Positions 28,275-37,300 of a stretch of DNA of 64,000 bases are shown here, piece after piece. The position numbers and the translations under genes were made by a program. Position 1 is the first letter of the stretch; each line of letters opens with the position of its first letter. The DNA is from Chloroflexota bacterium (GTDB lineage Bacteria; Chloroflexota; Limnocylindria; Limnocylindrales; CSP1-4): assembly GCA_030446555.1 (NCBI GenBank), contig JAUJNA010000001.1, forward strand, positions 238,634-302,633, given 5' to 3'. Under the pieces are notes generated by a model. That model was not told where the DNA came from, did no database searches, and saw only the letters and a program-made list of their open reading frames with translations.

Positions 28275-28988
28275 GCACGGCATCCGTTTCGCGCGACAGG
28301 ATCGCCGCCCCGACCACTCGCGACCGGTGGCGCGCGCGCATGGAGCCGCTCGCGCGGGGCTTTCGGCGGGTCGGCCTGACGCCGAACGCGCTGACGCTCA
28401 TCGGCTTCGGCATCGCGGTGCTCGCCGCATGGTTCGCGACCCAGCAGGCGTGGCTGGCCGCGCGGATCGCCGTCATAGTCGCGCGGGTTCGACCTCTTCG
28501 ACGGCGCCCTCGCCCGAGCGACCGGCAAGGTCACGAAGTTCGGGGCATTCCTCGACAGCACGATGGATCGCTGGGGCGAGGCCGTCGTGTACGTCGGCCT
28601 TGCCATCGGCCTCGGCGAGGTCGGGCTCTCACTCGGGATGCCGCTCGCCGCGGCCGCGATGGCATCCGCGTTCATGGTGAGCTACGTGCGGGCCAAGTCC
28701 GAGAGCCTCGGCTTCACGTCCGGCCGGGGGATGGCCAGCGTAGGCCTTGCCCCGCGCGAGGTCCGCATCGTGATCCTGTCGGCCGGGCTCATCGGGGCGG
28801 GGGCCCTCTCGCCGCAGGCCGCTGGAAGCCTCGCCGACGGGTTCGCTGGTGCGGGCGGCGGCGTCATCGGGGTCTGGTACATGGTCCTCGTCGGGTCGCT
28901 GGCCCTCATCACCGTCCTCGCGACCATCACCACCATCCAACGCATCCTCCACGTCTACCGGGAAGCCAAGCAGCAGGAGCAGCAGTAG
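28271..28988 (+). CDS. CDP-alcohol phosphatidyltransferase (phosphatidylinositol(-phosphate) synthase-like; apparent frameshift near 28484)
   Basis: N-part in frame 2 (…[48 protein letters not shown]). Remainder in frame 0 ([40 protein letters not shown]…), carrying the D-G-x2-A-R…G…D-x3-D motif. Possible GTG start at 28271 overlaps the arsR stop; the alternative is ATG 28340. Confidence 0.75.
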
Positions 28989-28992
28989 TCAG

Positions 28993-30261
28993 ATGACCAA
29001 GATCAAGAGCAGCAACGGCAACGGCCGCGCCCCCCGCCCCCGCAAGGACGGCAAGATCCGCGTCGCCATCGTGGGCGTCGGGAACTGCGCATCGAGTCTC
29101 GTCCAGGGCCGCTACTACTACGAGGACGCCAAGCCGACCGACTTCGTCCCGGGCCTGATGCACGTTGACCTGGGCGGCTATCACGTCCGCGACATCGAGT
29201 TCGTGGCGGCTTTCGACATCGACAAGAACAAGGTCGGCAAGGACCTCTCCGAGGCGATCTACACGGCGCCGAACAACACCTACGTCTTCCAGCAGGTCCC
29301 GGACCTCGGCGTACCGGTCGAGCGCGGCATGACCCACGACGGCCTGGGCAAGTACCTCAGTCAGATCATCGAGAAGGCTTCCGGCCCGACGGCCGACGTG
29401 GCCGGCATCCTGCGTGAGCGTGAGGTCGACGTGATGGTCTCCTACCTGCCGGTGGGCAGCGAGGAGGCCACCAAGTGGTACGTCGAGCAGGCGCTACGGG
29501 CCGGTGTCGGCTTCATCAACGCCATCCCGGTCTTCATCGGGCGTGAGCCGTACTGGCAGCGCCGGTTCGCCGAGGAGGGCCTTCCGGTCATCGGTGATGA
29601 CATCAAGAGCCAGGTCGGCGCGACCATCAGCCACCGGGTGCTCACCCGTCTCTTCATGGATCGCGGCGTCCGACTGGACCGGACCTACCAGCTGAACTTC
29701 GGCGGCAACACCGACTTCCTCAACATGCTGGAGCGCGAGCGGCTGGAATCGAAGAAGATCTCCAAGACGAACGCCGTGACCTCCATGCTCGACTACGAGC
29801 TCGACCCGGACGACGTCCATGTCGGCCCGTCCGACCACGTGCCGTGGCTCAAGGACCGCAAGTGGTGCTACATCCGGATGGAGGGCACCACCTTCGGCGA
29901 CGTGCCGCTGAACGCGGAACTGAAGCTCGAGGTCTGGGACAGCCCCAATAGCGCGGGCGTCATCACCGACGCCATCCGCTGCCTGAGGCTCGGCCTCGAC
30001 CGGGGGCTCTCGGGAACGCTCGTGGCACCCTCGTCGTACTTCATGAAGAGCCCGCCGCAGCAGATCCACGACGACATCGCCTTCAACCGCGTCGAGGCGT
30101 TCATCCGTGGCGAGGACAACGAGACCCTCGTCGGGACGGAGGAGCTCAAGCCGCGCAGGATGCGCAGGCTCGCCCAGCCCAGGACGCGGGTCATCGCCTC
30201 GGCTGCGGTCGGCGAGGCCGGCCCATCGCGGGCCGCCGCCAAGGCGGGCACGGACCGCTGA
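28993..30261 (+). CDS. ino1: myo-inositol-1-phosphate synthase
   Basis: 422-aa bacterial/archaeal-type MIPS (…[18 protein letters not shown]…[36 protein letters not shown]…[39 protein letters not shown]…). Confidence 0.9.
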   Translation: MTKIKSSNGNGRAPRPRKDGKIRVAIVGVGNCASSLVQGRYYYEDAKPTDFVPGLMHVDLGGYHVRDIEFVAAFDIDKNKVGKDLSEAIYTAPNNTYVFQQVPDLGVPVERGMTHDGLGKYLSQIIEKASGPTADVAGILREREVDVMVSYLPVGSEEATKWYVEQALRAGVGFINAIPVFIGREPYWQRRFAEEGLPVIGDDIKSQVGATISHRVLTRLFMDRGVRLDRTYQLNFGGNTDFLNMLERERLESKKISKTNAVTSMLDYELDPDDVHVGPSDHVPWLKDRKWCYIRMEGTTFGDVPLNAELKLEVWDSPNSAGVITDAIRCLRLGLDRGLSGTLVAPSSYFMKSPPQQIHDDIAFNRVEAFIRGEDNETLVGTEELKPRRMRRLAQPRTRVIASAAVGEAGPSRAAAKAGTDR

Positions 30262-30350
30262 CCGCTGCGCGGGAGCGAGCGTCGCGCCCCGCGGCGCCCG
30301 CCGGCTCCGGCGTCTCGTACGCACCGCACCGCCGCGCCTCGGGCGGGCGC

Positions 30351-31340
30351 GTGACACGACTGATGCAGCGCGCCCGGGAGCGCTCCGTCGTGACCGGGTA
30401 CCGGGCGGCATCGGGCGCGCTGGTGCGCATACCGACGGGGGTCTCCCAGCCGCTGGCCAGCTCGCTCTTCCTGGGCGGTTACTGGGCCTGGCCGCGCAAG
30501 CGACGGATCATCGAGTCCAACGCGGCGCGGATCCTGGGCAGGCCGGAGGATGCTCCCGAGGTGAAGCGCCTCGCCCGGCGCATCTACGTAACCTACGCGC
30601 GCTTCGTGGTCGAGCTGATGCGCCTGCCCGCCATGGCCGCCGATGCGCCCCAGCGGCTCGTGCGCGACGAGGGCGAGCGGAGCGGCGCATCGTTCATGGG
30701 GCTGTGGGAGCGCTACCGCTCCGACGGCCGCGGCCTGATCGCCGTGAGCGGCCATATCGGCAGCATCGAGGTCTTCGCCGGTGCATTCGCGGCGCGCGGC
30801 CTGCCGACATACGGGCTGGCCGACGACACGGCCTATCCGGAGCTCTTCGAGCTCCTCAACGGGCAACGTCGCCGCTGGGGTGTCGGCGTCATCCCATGGC
30901 GCAACCTGCGTGAGACGTACCGCGTGCTTCGGGAGCCGGCGGTGCTCGGCCTGCTGGTGGACTGGGGCTACCGGAGCGACGGCATCCCGGTGAAGCTGTT
31001 CGACCGATGGACCTGCCTGCCGGCCGGCCCCGCTCAGCTGGCGGCGCGCACGCGCGCGGCGATCGTCCCGGTCGTCAATCGTCGCCGCGACGACGGCACG
31101 TACGTGCCCAGCCACGACGATCCCATCGAGGTCGCGGACGCCTCTCCCGCGGAGATCCAGCGAGCGACCCAGGCCATCGCGGACGCGCTCGAGCGCATGA
31201 TCGCGCCGGCTCCGGAGCAGTGGTACACGTTCAAGCCGGTGTGGCCCGCGACGGCGGAGGAAGAAGCCCTGCTGGAGGCTCGCGCCCGGGACATGACGCG
31301 CGGCGCGCACGGCGGGCGCGGCGGGATGCGACCCACGTGA
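30351..31340 (+). CDS. lysophospholipid/lipid A-type acyltransferase (HtrB/LpxL family; PIM acyltransferase-like)
   Basis: LPLAT superfamily motifs (…GRGLIAVSGHIGSIEVFAGAF…). Gene context pairs it with pgsA/pimA-like genes. Confidence 0.75.
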   Translation: MTRLMQRARERSVVTGYRAASGALVRIPTGVSQPLASSLFLGGYWAWPRKRRIIESNAARILGRPEDAPEVKRLARRIYVTYARFVVELMRLPAMAADAPQRLVRDEGERSGASFMGLWERYRSDGRGLIAVSGHIGSIEVFAGAFAARGLPTYGLADDTAYPELFELLNGQRRRWGVGVIPWRNLRETYRVLREPAVLGLLVDWGYRSDGIPVKLFDRWTCLPAGPAQLAARTRAAIVPVVNRRRDDGTYVPSHDDPIEVADASPAEIQRATQAIADALERMIAPAPEQWYTFKPVWPATAEEEALLEARARDMTRGAHGGRGGMRPT

Positions 31341-32374
31341 GCTCGGGGATCCCGGCGGCCGCACCACCCCCGCCCGCGACACCACGCCGGCCCACGCTCC
31401 GGCAGCGCGGGGTGACGGCTGCGCTGGGAGTCGGGGTGAGGCTCCTGCGGAGGCTGCCGGACCGACTCGTGTACCGGCTCGGGTTCGCCGCCGGGACCGG
31501 CCTGTACCTGGTCATGCCCGCCCGGCGACACCTGGTGCGCACCAACCTCCGGCGTGTCTGCGTGGCCCTCGTCGGCCAGGGGAGGGCTTCGGACCGTGTC
31601 CGCCGCGCGGCGAGCGACGAAGGCGCCCTGGACGCCATGACGCGGTCCGCGTTCGGACACTGGGCCCTGGCCTACGTGGAACCGGCGATCGCGCTTTCCT
31701 ACGCCCCGGACCGGCTCGCCGATCGCGTCCGCGCCCCGCACGACGCCGTGGCGCGTGATGCCCTGGCACCGCAGCCCCCCGGGGCGCCCGGTCGCATCTT
31801 CGTGAGTCCGCACTTCGGGTCCATCGAGCTGACGGCGCTCTACGGCGTGGTCATCGGCGGGCTGCGCATGGTGGCGCCCATGGAGACCGTCGCCGACCCG
31901 GCGATCCAGGCGTACCTGGAGCGGGCTCGGGGCGCGACCGGCATCGACATCGTGCCCATCAGGGGCGCCTCGACCGTGCTCAGGGCCGCGCTCGCGGACG
32001 GGCAGGCCGTGGCGCTCGTGGCCGATCGGGCCATCGACGGTATGGGCATGCCCGTCGAGCTCTTCGGCGCGAAGACCCGGTTGCCGCTTGGCCCGGCGGT
32101 GCTCGCCGTCGAGTCAGGGGCGCCGATGTTCGTGGTGGGCACCCGGCGGACCGACTGGGGGTCGTGGGCCATCCGCGTCGAACGGATCGAGCCCGTGGCG
32201 ACCGGGACGCTTCGGCAGCGGATCGTCGCCCAGCTGGATGCACAGGCGCGCGCCTTCGAGCGGATCGTCGCCGACGCCCCCGAGCAGTGGTGGACCTGCT
32301 TCTTCCCCGTCTGGCACTCGGATCCTGCCGGATCGGTGCAGCCCCCGCGCCGACCGATCGCGAAGGCGGCCTGA
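31337..32374 (+). CDS. second HtrB/LpxL-family acyltransferase paralogue
   Basis: GTG at 31337 overlaps the previous stop (GTGA). …RIFVSPHFGSIELTALYGVVIGG… is the acyltransferase HxxxxD-like region. The ORF's upstream 110 aa in this frame are low-complexity and probably not coding. Confidence 0.7.
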   Translation: MSSGIPAAAPPPPATPRRPTLRQRGVTAALGVGVRLLRRLPDRLVYRLGFAAGTGLYLVMPARRHLVRTNLRRVCVALVGQGRASDRVRRAASDEGALDAMTRSAFGHWALAYVEPAIALSYAPDRLADRVRAPHDAVARDALAPQPPGAPGRIFVSPHFGSIELTALYGVVIGGLRMVAPMETVADPAIQAYLERARGATGIDIVPIRGASTVLRAALADGQAVALVADRAIDGMGMPVELFGAKTRLPLGPAVLAVESGAPMFVVGTRRTDWGSWAIRVERIEPVATGTLRQRIVAQLDAQARAFERIVADAPEQWWTCFFPVWHSDPAGSVQPPRRPIAKAA

Positions 32375-33192
32375 TGGGCCGAGCCGACCTGCACATCCAC
32401 TCGCTCGCGTCCGACGGCATCTCCACGGTGAGCGAGATCCTCCAAGCCGCGGACGCCGCGCGCCTCGACGTCATCGCCATCACCGACCACGAGCGCATCG
32501 ACGCCGCCCTTGCCGCTCAGCGGATGACGGATCTCGACGGGCACCGCGTGCGCGTGATCGTGGGCGAGGAGATCACCACGCGCGGCGGGCATCTGCTGGG
32601 ACTCTTCCTGAGGGAGCGGATCAAGCCCTGGCAGAGCCTCCGGCGGAGCGTGGCACGCGTGCACGAGCAGGGTGGCATCGCGGTGGTGGCCCATCCGCTC
32701 GTGCCCTACCCGCTCTGTGCGAGCGCCAGCGCCATCCGGAGGCTGCTCGACCACCCGGACCCGATCTACCATCCCGATGGCATCGAGGCGTTCAATCCCA
32801 CGACGGCCGGGATGCGCTGGACCCGACAGGTGCCGGACTTCGTGGCGCAGACGGGACGAGCGGCGCTCGCCGGCAGCGATGCACACCGTGCGCGTGACGT
32901 GGGCCAGGCGGTGACCCTCTTCCCGGGCACCACACCCGAGGACCTCCGGCGGGCGATCGAGGAGCGTGCGACGCAGTGGGAGGGGACGTTCTATCCGTGG
33001 CGATCACAGCTCACGATGTTCCGTCACCAGATGACGAAGAACGCGCGCGCGCTGCGGGATGATGTCGCGGGCAAGCTGCGACGTGACGGGACGGGCCGCG
33101 ACCTGGGCTATCCCGGTGGGCGCTGCCGTCCGCCTCGCTTCGACGAGCGCGAAGCGGGTCGATGCATGTCCCCTACGGGACCGGACGCATGA
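32374..33192 (+). CDS. PHP-domain metal-dependent phosphoesterase
   Basis: MGRADLHIHSLASDGISTVSEILQAADAARLDVIAITDHERID…VVAHPLVPYPL… The ATG overlaps the previous stop (ATGA). Confidence 0.8.
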   Translation: MGRADLHIHSLASDGISTVSEILQAADAARLDVIAITDHERIDAALAAQRMTDLDGHRVRVIVGEEITTRGGHLLGLFLRERIKPWQSLRRSVARVHEQGGIAVVAHPLVPYPLCASASAIRRLLDHPDPIYHPDGIEAFNPTTAGMRWTRQVPDFVAQTGRAALAGSDAHRARDVGQAVTLFPGTTPEDLRRAIEERATQWEGTFYPWRSQLTMFRHQMTKNARALRDDVAGKLRRDGTGRDLGYPGGRCRPPRFDEREAGRCMSPTGPDA

Positions 33193-34376
33193 AGATCGGC
33201 CTCGTGACGCCGTACATCTACCCGCTGCCCGGCGGCGTCAACGCGCACGTCGCGCAACTGTACGAGAACCTCATCGCGCGCGGTCACGACGTCCGCATCC
33301 TGAGCTCCACCCACGGCATCCAGAAGAGCAGCGAAGGCGACGTCATCCGCCTGGGCTATGGCATCAGCGTGCCCACCAACGGCTCGGTGGGCACGCTCAC
33401 CTTCTCCCATCGCTACTCATCCCTGGTCCAGGAGGTGCTGCACCGCGAGCGCTTCGACCTCCTCCACTTCCATGAGCCATTCGTGCCCTTCCTCTCCCTC
33501 CAGCTGCTGCGCTTCTCCACGAGCGTCAACATCGCCACCTTCCACGCCTACGCCGGATGGAGCCCCTCGTACGAGTTCGGCAAGCGCGCCCTGAAGGGGC
33601 CCGCACGTCGGCTGCACGGACGGATCGCCGTCAGCGCAGCGGCACGCCATTTCATCGACCGCTACTTCCCGGGCGACTACAAGGTCATCCCCAACGGCGT
33701 GGCGCTTCGCCAGTTCCAGGGCGTCCAGCCCTTCGCTCGCTGGCGGGATGGGACGGCCAACATCCTCTACGTCGGGCGCTTCGAGAGCCGCAAGGGCGTG
33801 CTGCATCTCCTGAAGGCGTACCGGGTCCTGCGCAGGCAGGGCTTCGACTGCCGGCTGCTCCTGGTGGGGTCGGGCCCGCAGGAGCGTGAGGCGCGGCGCT
33901 ACGTCGCCACGCGGCGCCTCCAGGGCGTCGAGTTCCTTGGCCGTGTGAGCGACGAGGACAAGGCTCGGTACTTCGCGACGGCCGACGTCTACGTCTCACC
34001 GGCCACGGGCCAGGAGTCGTTCGGGATCGTGCTGCTCGAGGCCATGGCGTCCGGCACGCCCATCGTGTGCAGCGACATCCACGGCTACAAGGGCGTCGTC
34101 CGCCGCGGCGAGCAGGCCCTGCTGGTGCCGCCGCGTGATCACCTGGCGCTGGTGGAGGCCATCGGTCGGTTGCTCGGCGACCCGGAGCTTCGAGCCCGCA
34201 TGTCCGCCTCCGGGCGACGGCGTGCCGTGCAGTTCAGCTGGGAGAGCATCACCGCCAAGGTCGATGACTACTACGGCTTCGTCATCCGCCGGCTGGCCGC
34301 CCAGGGCCAGCTGCCGGTCGGGTTCCGCGCCGCCATCCCGGCACCGCCGCGTCCGCTGGTCCTGCCGGCGACCTGA
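33189..34376 (+). CDS. GT4 glycosyltransferase, PimA-like (phosphatidylinositol alpha-mannosyltransferase-like)
   Basis: MKIGLVTPYIYPLPGGVNAHVAQLYENLIARGHDVRIL… plus the C-terminal GT-B domain (…YVSPATGQESFGIVLLEAMASGTPIVCSDIHGY…). Overlaps the PHP gene stop. Confidence 0.8.
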   Translation: MKIGLVTPYIYPLPGGVNAHVAQLYENLIARGHDVRILSSTHGIQKSSEGDVIRLGYGISVPTNGSVGTLTFSHRYSSLVQEVLHRERFDLLHFHEPFVPFLSLQLLRFSTSVNIATFHAYAGWSPSYEFGKRALKGPARRLHGRIAVSAAARHFIDRYFPGDYKVIPNGVALRQFQGVQPFARWRDGTANILYVGRFESRKGVLHLLKAYRVLRRQGFDCRLLLVGSGPQEREARRYVATRRLQGVEFLGRVSDEDKARYFATADVYVSPATGQESFGIVLLEAMASGTPIVCSDIHGYKGVVRRGEQALLVPPRDHLALVEAIGRLLGDPELRARMSASGRRRAVQFSWESITAKVDDYYGFVIRRLAAQGQLPVGFRAAIPAPPRPLVLPAT

Positions 34377-34397
34377 GCCGGACCGGTAGAGGCGAGG

Positions 34398-37300
34398 CTA
34401 GCCGGTCTCTCCCAGCGGCCCGCGAGGCGAGCGCACGCTGCCGCCGCCGCGCCAGGAGCGGGCGACGATCATGGCCACGAGCACCAGGGCAGCGGTCGCC
34501 AGACCGATGAGCAGTGTGCCCACATCGACGATCGGGCGGTCCGACGCCGGATCGAGGTTCACGGCGAACTGGAAGTCGTAGTTCCAGGTGGGCAGCAGCC
34601 CGAGGTACGCCTGTGCCACCGAGTCGGGCAGTGGCAGACCGGTCAGGCTCGGGTACCAGAGCAGGAAGAAGAGGGCCGCCGCGCCCAAGACGCCGATGAC
34701 CCAGCGCCTCGGATCACGCGTGCGTGCGGCAAGGTAGGCCGGAGCCGCGAGGAGCAGCAGCGCGACGATGGCCAGGACCTCGGCCTGCACCGGCAGGGTG
34801 AGGAACGGCCGCGGGCTCAAGAGCAGCGAGGCCCCGGCGGCACCGAGAGCCGTGGCGACCGTGACGACCAGCAGCGCCGAGAGCAGCGAGACCTCGATGT
34901 CTCGCGACGAGGTGCGCACGCGGAGGAGCGGGTCCGCCGACCCGGTGCGTACCTGGGCGCGCACGAGCCAGGCGATGGTCGCCGCGCCGATGAGCACGAC
35001 GATGGTCGCCGCGAAGGCCGACTCGGCGATGGTCAGCGAGCGCACGAGGGGGCCACAGGCGACACCGTCCGGATGGACCGCCTCGGTGCCCGCGAGCCCG
35101 CAGAGCGGCTGGCGCAAGAGCCACAGCAGGGGTGGTCCCAGGATGGCCACGCCGCCCGCGATACGCGCCAGGAGATAGGTCCGCGACGACGGGCCGTGCC
35201 ACAGCTCGCCGAGGAAGTAGGCCAGCGCGAGGACGGTGAACGGCAGGCTCGTGAACACGTGGTACTGGAAGGTGGCACGGTCGATGCGCGCCCACGGCAG
35301 CCAGAGGCAGGCGATCCCGAGCACGATGAGCGTCAGGGAGAGGGATCGGCGTGCCCACGCCTGCCACGCACAGAAGGCCACCGCAGGGATGGCCAGCCAG
35401 AAGATGACCACGTTGCCGGCGTCGTAGATGACCCCGGTCGTGGAAGCCGCGAAGCCGTCCTGGTGGAACCAGACCGGCTTGAGATCCAGCGGCCACGCCC
35501 ACCACGGGGACGAGGCGGCGTGCGTCGCGCGCAGCTCGTCGTGGTAGCGGTACATGCTGACGGTCAGGTCGGCCAGCGTCTGGCCCGTGTGGCCGGGAGG
35601 CCAGTCGGTGAGGATCCGGTTGCCGCCGCCGATCTCCAGTGCGGCCCAGGGGACGTAGCTGGCGATGTAGACGGCGAGCGGGATGACCGTCAGACAAAGG
35701 AGCGCGTAGCTCCACGGGATGCCCGCCGCCCAGCCGGGTCTGAGCCAGCCGGTCGGGGCGGCCGAGGGGACCGGCTCGCCCCTGGCGACCGGTCGGGGAG
35801 GCGCGAGCGGCCCCACCCCCAGTCTGGCAGCCACCCAGCTGCCACCGTACGCTGCCGCGCCCAGGAGGAGCAGGCCCGCCCCCGCGAAGAGGACGCGGTT
35901 CGGTGCCAAGAGACCGCTCGCTGCGGAAGCGCCGCCTGACCCCATGACGAAGCCCGCGAGGACCAGGAGGCTGCCCAGCAGGGCCGGGGCGAGGACCGCG
36001 AAACGGAGCTCGTCCAGCGTGAAGCGCACCGGGCGGCGCACCATCGCGGCCGCCAGGAGGATGGTCAGCGCCGCCATCAGGAGCAGGAACGTCGCGTTGA
36101 TGCGTGGATCCGCCACGTCCGCCGGCCGGACGGCGAGATAGCCCAACAGCGCGGTGAGGCCGATCATGGCGGTCAGCGTGATGACCCGTCCCAGGGCCGA
36201 CCGAAGCAGGACCAACAGCACCACGAAGCCGATGGCGTAGGCACCCACCCACTTGGTCCCGAAGGCCAGCCCGAGCAGGAGCCCGACCACCGGCAGGACG
36301 AGGAGCACCGCCAGCCGACTCCTCCAGATGCCGAGATAGAGCGGAGCGAAGAGCGCCACGGCGGACACGATGAAGGCCGTGACGTACGTGTCGTTCATGG
36401 CGATCCGGGCGTTGGCGAAGAACATCCCCTCGGCCATCACCAGCAGCGACGCCAGGACGGCCACGCTACGGCGCCGGAACAGGACGCGAGCGAGGAGGAA
36501 GATGGCGGCTGCCGTGAGCGCGCCCATGATCACTCCCGGCATGCGCCACGCGAAGGCATGCGAGCCAACATCGACGCTCGCGACCGTCCCGTCCGTGGAG
36601 AAAGCCAGCAGATCCTGCCGATCATCGGTCGGGCGGTCGGGCTGGATGTCCATGACGGTGGCTCGCGGCGTGAACGGGAGCCGGGCGTCGGCGAAGACGG
36701 CGTTGGCGTGCGGCTCGACGACGTAGACGGTCGTACCGCCACCGTCGGGCGCGTCGCCCACGACGTGCACGAGGTTGGTCGCGCCATCCCAGCGAGCCGA
36801 GCGCACATCGGCGGGCATGGGCATGTCCGTCCCGTGGCCCGGCCCGTCGTCGCCGATGGGCAGCGTCGTGACCTGGATCCCGTTCGGGACGTAGAGCGTC
36901 GGATCGTCCAGGCCCTCCACCAGCGCCAGGTCGGTCGCCGGAGCGTCCGTCGTGAGCTGTTCGAGCTGCTCCAGGCTGACCGCGTCAAGGAACGTCACGC
37001 CGACGGCACCGGCCACGGCTGCCGTGGGACCGGGCTCGATCGATGTGCCCTCCAGGCTCGCGTCGTCGATCCCCTTCTGGACCGACCCCGTCATGGTCTT
37101 GTCGAGATAGGCCGCTACCGACACGGGGCCGGTCGCGCCGCTGATCAGCTCCTCGAGGCGCGCCGCATCGTCATCGAGGATCCGGGCCAGTGACTCGGCC
37201 AGGGCAGCGGGGTCGGAGACCCCTGCCGGATCGACCACCACGCGGTCCGCCGGCGGGACGCGCGCGACGGCCTGGGCTCCCTCCACGAACGCCTCGCCCG

